NCBI GenBank assembly: GCA_021654395.1 | Contig: AP024486.1 | Span: 270,001-302,000, forward strand | Direction of reading: 5' to 3' | DNA length: 32,000 nt | Source of the DNA: Candidatus Saccharimonadota bacterium | GTDB lineage: Archaea; Micrarchaeota; Micrarchaeia; Micrarchaeales; Micrarchaeaceae | Shown: piece by piece, positions 15,582 to 24,170 of the stretch | Numbering within the stretch: the stretch's first letter is position 1 | How the letters are laid out: every line of letters begins with the position of its first letter | The notes under the pieces: model-generated | Told to the model about the DNA's origin: nothing | The model's input: only the letters and a program-made list of their open reading frames with translations | Database searches by the model: none | Program-made: the position numbers and the translations under genes

Positions 15582-16082
15582 TTAGACTCTTCTTCCTCTT
15601 CTTCCTCCAGGCCTTCTTGTTGTATCAGTAGGTATTGGTGTAACGTCATATATTGCTAATATTCTTAATCCGCTTCTTGCCAGCGCTCTTATCGCTGCCT
15701 GCGCGCCTCTGCCAGGAGTCTTTGGTCCGTGACCTCCTGGGGCTCTTACTTTTATTATCAAGTTTACTATTCCCATCTCCTTTGCCTCCGCAGCTATCTT
15801 ATAAGCCATCTGCATCGCAGCATAAGGAGATCCTTCCTCTGAATCATTGCTTACAATCATACCTCCGCTAGCTGTAGCTAAAGTCTCTGCACCAGTTATA
15901 TCTGTCAATGTTATTATTGTATTATTCTTAGACGAATATATGTTTGCAACAGCTACTCTCTCTGGCTTTGGCTTCTCAACAGTTGTGAATATGGCCTTTG
16001 TTTCGTAGTCTGCTCCTCCTTTCTTTTGATCAGATGAAAGCTCCTTCAATCCTTTCTGCTTCCTTGCTCCCATAAGTATCAC
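15582..16082 (-). CDS. rps11: 30S ribosomal protein uS11
   Basis: 166 aa. The C-terminus [57 protein letters not shown] is diagnostic. The N-terminal extension makes the start uncertain. Confidence 0.9.
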   Translation of the reverse strand: MILMGARKQKGLKELSSDQKKGGADYETKAIFTTVEKPKPERVAVANIYSSKNNTIITLTDITGAETLATASGGMIVSNDSEEGSPYAAMQMAYKIAAEAKEMGIVNLIIKVRAPGGHGPKTPGRGAQAAIRALARSGLRILAIYDVTPIPTDTTRRPGGRRGRRV

Positions 16083-16633
16083 GCATTAACAGCATCTGCC
16101 TTATTAAGATCTGCTTCATTATTACTGCTCTGCTCATCCTTTTTGTTCTGATTATCTATAGATATGCCTTTGTAGTATCCTATAGTATTCTCTTTATTTA
16201 CCTCTATAAGATAGGATGGCTTATTGATCTTTCTGCCATCTACTGAGATAAATCCGTGTACTATTAGCTGCCTTGCCTGCTTTATAGTCTTTGCTAATCC
16301 TTTTCTATATACTATTGTCTGCAATCTCCTTTCTAGAATATCTTTTTCATTTATATCTAATAGACTATCTACAGTAACTCCCTCTTTAACAATACCGTAT
16401 CTTATAAGCCTCTTAAGTAGGTTCTCTCTTAAACCTGGGCTTATCTCATCTCCTGCTAGAAGTCTTCTAGCAATAGCTCTTATTCTACTAACTTCTGTCT
16501 GCACAATCCAAAGCTCTTTCATGTTCTTTAGTCCATACTCCTTTACTAAGCTATTATCATGAGCTAATCTATCTCTATTCCATAAGATTCTTGGTGTTAT
16601 ATATGTTTTTTTATTTCTTTTAGGGCTTCCCAT
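16079..16633 (-). CDS. rps4: 30S ribosomal protein uS4
   Basis: 184 aa. [23 protein letters not shown], an S4 RNA-binding domain ([34 protein letters not shown]), and a 4-nt overlap with rps11. Confidence 0.9.
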   Translation of the reverse strand: MGSPKRNKKTYITPRILWNRDRLAHDNSLVKEYGLKNMKELWIVQTEVSRIRAIARRLLAGDEISPGLRENLLKRLIRYGIVKEGVTVDSLLDINEKDILERRLQTIVYRKGLAKTIKQARQLIVHGFISVDGRKINKPSYLIEVNKENTIGYYKGISIDNQNKKDEQSSNNEADLNKADAVNA

Positions 16634-16644
16634 AAAGTATCACT

Positions 16645-17223
16645 TTATTTAGCAGAACTCTTCTGCTCTCCTTGCTTAGTCTGAGCCTGTGCTTGCTGCG
16701 CCTTAGCAGCTCCCTTAAGTACACCAACTGTTGCGCCAGTTCTTCCAGTAGATCTTGTTCTCTGACCTCTTACCTTCTGTCCATACTGATGTCTATAACC
16801 CTTCCATGAATGCATATCTATCTCTCTCTTTATATCCATCTTTACTGTATACACTAGCTCATTACCTATCTTATTTATATCAGCACCAGTTTCATTATCT
16901 TTTCTTCTATTAAGCATATATGCAGGTATGCCATAATCCTGTGGCGTATTTATAACAGAGATCAATCTATTTAGCTCATCTTCGTTGAGGCTATCTAATC
17001 TTCTATTATAGTCTATATTAAAACGTTCTTTAAGGACTCTTGATAATACTACTGCAAGATTCCAGCCAATTCCCTTAATCTTTCTTATTCCATTAAGCAC
17101 ACTTAGCTCTCCATTAATATCCATATCTCCTAATCTAACTATACTTGTTGTTTTACTCCCTTCTTGCTCTTTAGCCTTTCTCTGCTGCTTATCCTTATCT
17201 GGTTTTGAAGCCAAGTAATACAC
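16645..17223 (-). CDS. rps13: 30S ribosomal protein uS13
   Basis: 192 aa. IVRLGDMDINGELSVLNGIRKIKGIGWNLA and WKGYRHQYGQKVRGQRTRSTGRTG are diagnostic. It has Lys/Gln-rich N- and C-terminal extensions. Confidence 0.9.
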   Translation of the reverse strand: MYYLASKPDKDKQQRKAKEQEGSKTTSIVRLGDMDINGELSVLNGIRKIKGIGWNLAVVLSRVLKERFNIDYNRRLDSLNEDELNRLISVINTPQDYGIPAYMLNRRKDNETGADINKIGNELVYTVKMDIKREIDMHSWKGYRHQYGQKVRGQRTRSTGRTGATVGVLKGAAKAQQAQAQTKQGEQKSSAK

Positions 17224-17369
17224 CTAGATGCTAAGATATCTATTAATATACAACCTATTTATAAAATTTCCTAGTATTAAGAATTTAAAAGATCTTAATA
17301 TATATCTTAATAGAGTTAAGATGTAAAAAGGTTAAATAATGTTCTATTCATATAGTAAGACGTGATTTT

Positions 17370-18296
17370 ATGGAAGATCTAGAAGTAGTGAAGGATGTTA
17401 TAGTAAAGGAGGGAATGAGTGTAGAAGAGCTTGTAGAGTCTATGAGCAAGATCGGTGGCTTCTCAGGTCAGCATATGATAGATGGGATAAAGATATTAAA
17501 GAGAATGAAGGAAGATAAAGAGTCATACAATTTTCTCTCATTTACAGCAGATATCGTTGCTACAGGTCTAAGGGGGACTATAGCACAGATGGTGAAGCAC
17601 TTCGATGCAATAATAACTACATGCGGTACTTTAGATCATGATATAGCAAAGGCAAATGGTGCAAGATACAGAATAGGTAGCTTCTACGTAGATGATAGGG
17701 AGCTATTTAAGAAGGATATATACAGATTAGGAAATGTTTTTATAGAAAGAGATGATTATGGCTTGATAATAGAGAAGAAGATGAAAGAGTATCTAGATAA
17801 GATAACTAAGGATAGAGAAGGCAGATATAAGGTCAGTGAGCTTCTATATAAAATAGGATCTATGATAAAAGATAACAACTCTATACTAAGGCAGGCTTAT
17901 CTAAATAATGTTCCTATCTATGTACCTGGTATAGTAGATGGCGCAGTAGGTACACAGCTCGCTTTATATAAGCAGGAGCACAACTTCGATATAGATATAC
18001 TTGGAGATGAGTTAGATCTAGCAAACAAGATGTTCGAAGTTAAAAAGTCAGGTGCACTGATGATAGGTGGCGGAATAAGCAAGCATCATGTTATATGGTG
18101 GAATCAGTTTAAGAACGGGCTTGATTATGCAGTATATATAACGACTGCAAATCAGTTCGACGGTAGCCTATCTGGAGCAAGACTTACAGAAGCTATCTCA
18201 TGGGGTAAGGTAAAGGCAGAGGCTATGCATACTACTATAGATGCAGATGTAACATTAATCCTTCCTCTTATGGCTGTCGCTGCTGGACTTCTTTGA
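17370..18296 (+). CDS. dys: deoxyhypusine synthase
   Basis: 308 aa. FLSFTADIVATGLRG, TTCGTLDHD, IGGGISKHH and EAISWGK blocks are typical of DHS. Confidence 0.9.
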   Translation: MEDLEVVKDVIVKEGMSVEELVESMSKIGGFSGQHMIDGIKILKRMKEDKESYNFLSFTADIVATGLRGTIAQMVKHFDAIITTCGTLDHDIAKANGARYRIGSFYVDDRELFKKDIYRLGNVFIERDDYGLIIEKKMKEYLDKITKDREGRYKVSELLYKIGSMIKDNNSILRQAYLNNVPIYVPGIVDGAVGTQLALYKQEHNFDIDILGDELDLANKMFEVKKSGALMIGGGISKHHVIWWNQFKNGLDYAVYITTANQFDGSLSGARLTEAISWGKVKAEAMHTTIDADVTLILPLMAVAAGLL

Positions 18297-19007
18297 GCTG
18301 TTTATCCTTTCTATGCTTCTATTTAGCTTATCCTTTAAGAACTCCTTTATATCTCTATTATTATAATCCGCCCTTATTGCAATAGTTATTAGATTAGCAT
18401 ATAATCTAGATAGCTTTCCTGCCTTCTTCTTATCAGTTTTACTTATAGCATCTATCTTATATAGAATTCCATACTTTGGCGGCTTTGATTTGTATCTTAG
18501 ATGTCTAAAAAGAGCCTTCTCAGCACCAAGGACCTGTATAGTGCTAGATGGCATCTTATATAATCTCTCTAATGAGCCTGCCTTATACAGAAGCTCCGCA
18601 GCTATCATCGGCTCTATTATTACAGTTGTGTTTGGCATAAGTAATCTAGTGCGTACCTCTATCGCCTCTTTTATGCTATCTATGGTATTATATATACTAT
18701 TATAGGTATCTCTAAGCTTTCTTAGAAGCTCTATCTCGTACTGGTTAGGAGATCTACCAAGCCCATTGTCAGAGCTATTTAATATAGAATCTATCTTATC
18801 TTTTATATTATCTATATCTATATCTCCTTCTTCTTCTGGAAGATAGAGCAGAATAAGCTCATAAAGAAGCTCAAATAGGCTATTTATCTCCTTATTCATA
18901 AGCTTATATAAAGCAAAGAGTCTAACTATAAATACATCATCTTTACTTAGTCTCTCCTTTATCCTCTCTCTAGCTTCTTTTAAGCTTCTCTCTCTTAAAG
19001 AGTCCAT
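18255..19007 (-). CDS. Nop56/58 (Nop5)-type box C/D snoRNP protein, Nop domain only
   Basis: 250 aa. DDVFIVRLFALYKLMNKEINSLFELLYE...YLPE aligns to the start of the Nop coiled-coil segment. LGAEKALFRHLRYKSKPPKYGILY and AGKLSRLYANLITIAIRAD are Nop-domain signatures. It ends in a K/S-rich tail. Confidence 0.8.
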   Translation of the reverse strand: MDSLRERSLKEARERIKERLSKDDVFIVRLFALYKLMNKEINSLFELLYELILLYLPEEEGDIDIDNIKDKIDSILNSSDNGLGRSPNQYEIELLRKLRDTYNSIYNTIDSIKEAIEVRTRLLMPNTTVIIEPMIAAELLYKAGSLERLYKMPSSTIQVLGAEKALFRHLRYKSKPPKYGILYKIDAISKTDKKKAGKLSRLYANLITIAIRADYNNRDIKEFLKDKLNRSIERINSSKKSSSDSHKRKD

Positions 19008-19188
19008 GCAAATTACTTTACTTAATATTCTTAATAACGCTAAAATAAAAATATTGGTATTATATCAGTAAATGCCTATATATAGAAGGAAGTGAGATAT
19101 GGATAGAATACAAGATACAATAACATTCGTCAGATTTGAGAGTAAGTTTTATATTCTTTTTTATATATTTAAATAATGGTGTTAAGAA

Positions 19189-19428
19189 ATGGGAGAGAGA
19201 ATAGGACATGAGAAGATCGAGAGAGAGGAGGGCTATCTCTACTATGTAGGAAAGGACGGATATGTTTGGAAGGCACCGACAAAGGCAAACAGATCAGGGA
19301 AGAAAGAGAGGGTAAGCAAAGAGAAGATCGAGAAGGAGAAGGGATATCTGTATTATATAGATAAGAATGGTTACGTAGCAAGAGCAAAGATGAATAGAGA
19401 AGGAAGAAAGGCTTCAAAGAAGAGATAA
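19189..19428 (+). CDS. small basic protein with two tandem about 37-aa repeats, unknown function
   Basis: 79 aa. The repeats are EKIEREEGYLYYVGKDGYVWKAP and EKIEKEKGYLYYIDKNGYVARAK. The DNA repeat unit GAGAAGATCGAGA recurs at 19210 and 19321 (111-nt period). A TATA-like TTTTTATATATTTAAATAA lies about 25 nt upstream of the ATG. The antisense ORF 19169..19417 is S/L/P-rich low complexity. Confidence 0.5.
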   Translation: MGERIGHEKIEREEGYLYYVGKDGYVWKAPTKANRSGKKERVSKEKIEKEKGYLYYIDKNGYVARAKMNREGRKASKKR

Positions 19429-19430
19429 GT

Positions 19431-19835
19431 TTATAGTATTTTTATATTTTTAATATTTACATTCTCCTTTTTGTGTTTTATCTCTATAACATATCTTCCA
19501 TATCCTCTTACCTTTAAGGTCTTAAATATGCTTTTGCAGCTTGGCATATTAATATAGATCTTAGTTATCTCAAAATTACTGTTTAAGTATATCAGATCTA
19601 TTGCGAATCTCATATTATAGTTCCATATCTCTATATCTGCTTCATGCTTAAAGTCTATAAGTAGACCAGAGTTATCCTCTATATCTTTTCTATACATAAG
19701 TCCAAGAGCTCTCTTAAGCGTTGTATCTGCAATCTCTAAATTATACTCTCTATTATCAATAATTACAGATTTATGCCTATATCTAATTAATCCTGCTCTA
19801 TAAAGAAGATAGAAGATAAAAAGCAGATAATTCAC
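19431..19835 (-). CDS. DUF192 (COG1430) family protein
   Basis: 134 aa. LEIADTTLKRALGLMYRKDIEDNSGLLIDF......IWNYNMRFAIDLIYLN matches the DUF192 pattern (A.T...R..GLM.R......GM.F....... .W M.NT...LD..F.D). It has an N-terminal hydrophobic segment. Confidence 0.7.
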   Translation of the reverse strand: MNYLLFIFYLLYRAGLIRYRHKSVIIDNREYNLEIADTTLKRALGLMYRKDIEDNSGLLIDFKHEADIEIWNYNMRFAIDLIYLNSNFEITKIYINMPSCKSIFKTLKVRGYGRYVIEIKHKKENVNIKNIKIL

Positions 19836-21457
19836 TTAGTTATAGATACGCTCTTCTCTCTTAAGAATTGCTGCAGATAGAATCTACTTCCAGTACCTTT
19901 GCCTGTTATGCCGCTACCCTTCCATCCGACAAATGAATGATGGCCAACTATTGCTCCAGTTGTGGCGCTGCTCTCTCTATTTATATATACAACGCCTGCT
20001 TCTATACTATCAGCAAATAGCTTTATCTCTTTCTTATCCTTTGAGTATAAACCAGCAGTTAAGCCATACTCTACATCATTTGCCATTCTTAATGCGTCGT
20101 TAAAGTCATCATAGCCTATTACTACAAGTATCGGAACAAATAGCTCTTTATGTACCATCTCATCGTCATGATCTATCTCAACGATCGTTGGCTCTACATA
20201 GTAGCCATTTAGGCCAACATCTACAGTATTTCCACCATATATAACTCTGCCGTTCTTTCTTGCATGATCTACATACGTCACATATCTATCATATGCGCTC
20301 TTACTTATTAAAGGCCCTATATAGTTCTCCTTCTTTAAAGGATCTCCTATCTTTAGATCTTTAAGCAATGCAATAATCTTATCTAGCAGCTTACCTTTAA
20401 CGGATGAGTGCACATATACTCTACTTAATGCGCTGCACTTCTGACCTGCAAAGCCGAAAGCCGCACTTACAATTCCTTTTGCAGCAATATCAAGATCTGC
20501 TGTCTTACTAACTATTGTCGGATTCTTACCTCCCATCTCAACTACAAAGATCTTCTGCTTCTTACTTCCATATACCTTAGCTAGCATTCCCATTCCAGTC
20601 TCTCTTGATCCAGTAAAGACTATGCCAGATACCTTATCATTAACTACAAGCTCATCTCCAACCTCGCTACCCGGCCCAGTTAGATAGTTGAATACTCCTT
20701 CGGGCAATCCTGCCTCTTTAAGCAGCTTGTATATATAATAGCCTGTTAGCATTGTCATATTATCAGATGAGGATGGCTTAAATACAACAGTGTTTCCTGT
20801 TATCATTGCACCACTACTCATTCCAGTAGATATAGAAACTGGAAAGTTAAAAGGCGCTATAACACCAAATACTCCATAAGGAACCATTCTTATATCTATT
20901 ACCTCTTCTGGAGATGGTGCTCCTTGGAATCCTGCCTTTACAGATCTTGTGCTGCCTTTAAGTATATCTCTTCTATTATAGCCCTTATTTCTGATAAGCT
21001 CCATCGAGTAGTATCTTAAGAAATCTATAGCTTCATCGACCTCTCCTATTGATTCATATCTGGACTTACCATTCTCTATACTTAAGACTGCTGCTAGCTC
21101 GAACTTATTCTGGGCAAATATATCTGCTGCTTTTTTAAATATCTCTGCTCTCTTTCTGTAATCAACTTGAGACCACTCCTTAAAAGCCTCTAATGCTGCA
21201 TCTATCGCTTTCCTGGCTATCTCTCTATCACCTCTCTGAAATATACCTATCTTCCATCTATTGTCTATAGGAGAGCTCTCTATCATCTTATCCTTTGTAT
21301 ATATCGGCTCCCCATTTATTACTATAGGGTACTCTCCTCCAAAGTTAGACTTAACCTTCTCTACTGCAGCTTCAAATAGCTTATCGAACTCTTCTTCCTT
21401 TCCAGCTTCTAGATACTTCCTATAAGTAAACTCATTCTCAAAGGCCATATAGATCAA
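19832..21457 (-). CDS. aldehyde dehydrogenase family, probably 1-pyrroline-5-carboxylate (glutamate semialdehyde) dehydrogenase
   Basis: 541 aa. FNFPVSI, TGNTVVFKPS, catalytic Glu VVEMGGKNP, and catalytic Cys FGFAGQKCSALSR. The length and N-terminal region resemble RocA/PruA-type enzymes. Confidence 0.8.
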   Translation of the reverse strand: MIYMAFENEFTYRKYLEAGKEEEFDKLFEAAVEKVKSNFGGEYPIVINGEPIYTKDKMIESSPIDNRWKIGIFQRGDREIARKAIDAALEAFKEWSQVDYRKRAEIFKKAADIFAQNKFELAAVLSIENGKSRYESIGEVDEAIDFLRYYSMELIRNKGYNRRDILKGSTRSVKAGFQGAPSPEEVIDIRMVPYGVFGVIAPFNFPVSISTGMSSGAMITGNTVVFKPSSSDNMTMLTGYYIYKLLKEAGLPEGVFNYLTGPGSEVGDELVVNDKVSGIVFTGSRETGMGMLAKVYGSKKQKIFVVEMGGKNPTIVSKTADLDIAAKGIVSAAFGFAGQKCSALSRVYVHSSVKGKLLDKIIALLKDLKIGDPLKKENYIGPLISKSAYDRYVTYVDHARKNGRVIYGGNTVDVGLNGYYVEPTIVEIDHDDEMVHKELFVPILVVIGYDDFNDALRMANDVEYGLTAGLYSKDKKEIKLFADSIEAGVVYINRESSATTGAIVGHHSFVGWKGSGITGKGTGSRFYLQQFLREKSVSITK

Positions 21458-21470
21458 TCTTTTTTAGATT

Positions 21471-22925
21471 TCAGCTTAAATAATCTTTTTGTTTGTATAT
21501 GTAACTAAGATAGTAAGATAGTATACTCTTTGCAATAGATCTTCTCTTATCTATTATATTATCCTGCTCTTGCGGATCTTTATCTATGTAGTATAGCCTA
21601 TCCTTAAATCTGCCGAAGTAGTGTATAAGCTTAAATCCTTTATAATAGATAGCTGTAGCTTTAAAGTTGTTTCTGATCTTTGTCTTATATAGCATATCTG
21701 CGTACTTAGATCTACTTCTAATCATTCTTAACAATGGAAGATCCCAACCCTCTATTATACCGGAATGCTCATTAACTACCATCTTATCAAGGCGTCTTGG
21801 AAGCTTATCATATCTTACTAGACTGAGTATAATCTTGCTTAAGCTGGTTAAAGAGACTGTAGAATCTAAGCTATCTTTTATGCTAACTAGCTTAGAGTCC
21901 TTAAATCTGCTTATAATAAGAGGAACTCTTGCTTCTTGCTCATATGGCACTAATGAATGGTATAGCATATTATGCTCACCTAGAAACTGACCATGATCTG
22001 AAGTTATTATTACATATGCATTATCTAATAGGCCAAGCTCTCTAAAAGTGTTTATCATCTTTTTTATCTTCTTATTTAAGTATCTTACTCTTAATGAGTA
22101 TCCATACCTTATCTTATCTATAAAATCTGAGTCTATACTTCTTATTCCACTCATATATAGCCATTTGTCCTGAACTATATCAACAGGATACTCCTCATGC
22201 GGCTCTATAAGATTTATAAATATAAACTGATTCTTAAAATCGTATAGGCTCTCAAAGTGATCCTTTATCTTCTTTATTGTTAGCTCAGAGCCTCTATCAA
22301 GCATATTAGAGCCGTCAGACTCCTTAACATGTTCATATATAAGATTCCTTACTCTCATATAGAAGCTATTGAAGACACTATCTGGTAAGAAGGCAGTTAA
22401 TGCATAGGCTGTCTTGTATATAAGATCGCTATAGCTATCCCAGTTCTTAAAGATCCTAGATACTATCCTTGCTACTGTTTTATTCTTCTTTACATTTGAG
22501 TCTATCCAAAGGTCATACTTGTAATCGAAGTCCTTTGCAAGATTTGTATAATTCGAAAGGAAAGGGTTATTTGAGAATAAGACAGAGGTAAAGTTAATGT
22601 TTTTCAGATATGCTGGTAGCGTGTATATATTATTATCTAGGAGCTTTGTTGTAGCGAACCAGGGCTCTATAGGAGATCTTACAAAGTCTCTATATACAGT
22701 ACTTAAGCTACTTACTACTCTACCGCTAAGTAATGATGCATGGGAGCTACCCGTCCAGCTACCTGGAGCTATTGCATTACTAAAGTATATACTATTCCTT
22801 TTTAAATAGTCTATATAGCCTCTATTAGCATAATCTTCTCTTAAAGTATCTAACAGTAGGACTATAATGTTTTTATTAGATACTTCACTTAATTGATTCA
22901 TATGATCACTTGTATAATCTTTCAT
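21471..22925 (-). CDS. alkaline-phosphatase-superfamily (sulfatase/NPP-like) enzyme with a probable Thr nucleophile
   Basis: 484 aa. Metal-ligand block IIVLLLDTLRED, nucleophile region PGSWTGSSHASLLSG (Thr where sulfatases have the Cys/Ser of CxPxR), and a distal ITSDHGQFLGEH motif. There is no N-terminal signal or TM. Confidence 0.7.
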   Translation of the reverse strand: MKDYTSDHMNQLSEVSNKNIIVLLLDTLREDYANRGYIDYLKRNSIYFSNAIAPGSWTGSSHASLLSGRVVSSLSTVYRDFVRSPIEPWFATTKLLDNNIYTLPAYLKNINFTSVLFSNNPFLSNYTNLAKDFDYKYDLWIDSNVKKNKTVARIVSRIFKNWDSYSDLIYKTAYALTAFLPDSVFNSFYMRVRNLIYEHVKESDGSNMLDRGSELTIKKIKDHFESLYDFKNQFIFINLIEPHEEYPVDIVQDKWLYMSGIRSIDSDFIDKIRYGYSLRVRYLNKKIKKMINTFRELGLLDNAYVIITSDHGQFLGEHNMLYHSLVPYEQEARVPLIISRFKDSKLVSIKDSLDSTVSLTSLSKIILSLVRYDKLPRRLDKMVVNEHSGIIEGWDLPLLRMIRSRSKYADMLYKTKIRNNFKATAIYYKGFKLIHYFGRFKDRLYYIDKDPQEQDNIIDKRRSIAKSILSYYLSYIYKQKDYLS

Positions 22926-23003
22926 TATAAGTATAATTATACTAATCAGTATAAATATATAAGCTGTAATAATGGTTTCAAATATTGAAACTGGCTGAAT
23001 TAT

Positions 23004-24170
23004 ATGAGAATAGTAATACTTAATCCTTACTTTTATCCTTACTTTGGAGGTACAGAGAAGGTATTGTATGAGGTTTACAGAAGGTTAAGCAGCAAGTACG
23101 AGATATATGCTCTTGTATCTGCACATGATGGCAGAGAGAGATTAGAGGAGATAGATGGCATAAAGGTATATAGACTTAAAAGTAAGACAATAAGTCTGCC
23201 TGGTGCACCAATGGGATATCAGTTTATGCCAGATCTAATTAATAAGATTAAAGAGTTGAGAGGCGATCTATATCATCTAAATAACAGATATCAGTATACT
23301 CTTTCTCATGTAAAAGCTATAAAGAAGACTGGCAGATTTATGATGACTATACACAATGCATTACCTAAAGGCATAGATCTAAAGACAGATACTGCAGGAT
23401 TAATATATGATCTACTTTTTGGAGTAAGGATGATGAGATCTGCTGATCACTTAACTGCAGTTTCTGAATATACTCTAAGATCCACTATACCGATGGATCT
23501 TTGGTATAAATCTGAAGTAATACAAAATGGTGTAGAGACAAGCAGATTTAAGAAGCTAGATGAGGATAAAGCTATAGAGATCATCAAGGAAGAGCTAAAT
23601 ATAGATATAGATCCATCTAAGAAGCTATATATAATGAGTAATGGGCGTTTAGTAGAGCAGAAGGGCCATAAGTATCTTATAGAGGCAATGCATATACTTA
23701 AGAAGGATGGAGGGAATGATAGATTAGATCTTATAATAGTTGGAAGAGGTAAGCTTAAAGACAAGTATGAAAGACTTATAGCCAAGCTTGGATTAAAAGA
23801 TAGCGTAAGTATAATATCAAGGCAGATCTCGGAGGATGCTCTAAACGCAATCTACTCAATATCAAAAGTATATGTTATGCCCTCTCTATACGAACCATCA
23901 GGCATGGCGCTTATGGAGGCCTTAGCAGTCGGTATACCATCCATAGCATCAAAGGTTGGTGGTATGCCAGAGATAATGAAAGATGATGGTCTTTATGTAA
24001 AGCCAAGGTCTTCTACTGAGATTGCAGATGCTATAAGAAAGCTTATTAGTAGCTACGATGTATATTTAGAGAAGGCTAAGAATGCCTCTAAAAGAATATG
24101 CAGATATAATAACTGGGACAGAATAGCAGATATGTATGATAATGCTATAAAAAAGGCATTAGACATCTAA
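23004..24170 (+). CDS. GT-B fold glycosyltransferase, family 4-like
   Basis: 388 aa. N-terminal MRIVILNPYFYPYFGGTEK, and a C-terminal EPSGMALMEALAVGIPSIASKVGGMPE (EX7E region). Confidence 0.85.
   Translation: MRIVILNPYFYPYFGGTEKVLYEVYRRLSSKYEIYALVSAHDGRERLEEIDGIKVYRLKSKTISLPGAPMGYQFMPDLINKIKELRGDLYHLNNRYQYTLSHVKAIKKTGRFMMTIHNALPKGIDLKTDTAGLIYDLLFGVRMMRSADHLTAVSEYTLRSTIPMDLWYKSEVIQNGVETSRFKKLDEDKAIEIIKEELNIDIDPSKKLYIMSNGRLVEQKGHKYLIEAMHILKKDGGNDRLDLIIVGRGKLKDKYERLIAKLGLKDSVSIISRQISEDALNAIYSISKVYVMPSLYEPSGMALMEALAVGIPSIASKVGGMPEIMKDDGLYVKPRSSTEIADAIRKLISSYDVYLEKAKNASKRICRYNNWDRIADMYDNAIKKALDI

Noticed and set aside
16224-16562. 112-aa plus-strand ORF (similar cases: 15653..15871, 18490..18705, 21667..21990, 22597..22809, 23447..23785, 25508..25699, 26033..26302, 27384..27572, 29156..29350, 31004..31216, 31661..31876, 13572..13766, 14487..14684, 5541..5789)
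   Set aside because: All are antisense to genes with strong family signatures. They are low-complexity S/L/I/F-rich shadow ORFs typical of AT-rich genomes.
19099-19176. 25-codon ORF (MDRIQDTITFVRFESKFYILFYIFK) with a GGAAGTGA purine tract upstream
   Set aside because: Its 3' half is simply the TATA-like AT-rich promoter of the downstream gene read as codons, and there is no supporting evidence.
19169-19417. 82-aa minus-strand ORF opposite the tandem-repeat mini-protein
   Set aside because: It is S/L/P-rich low complexity with no start context. The plus-strand frame has a coherent duplicated motif and a well-placed TATA element. Strand choice is still not proven.
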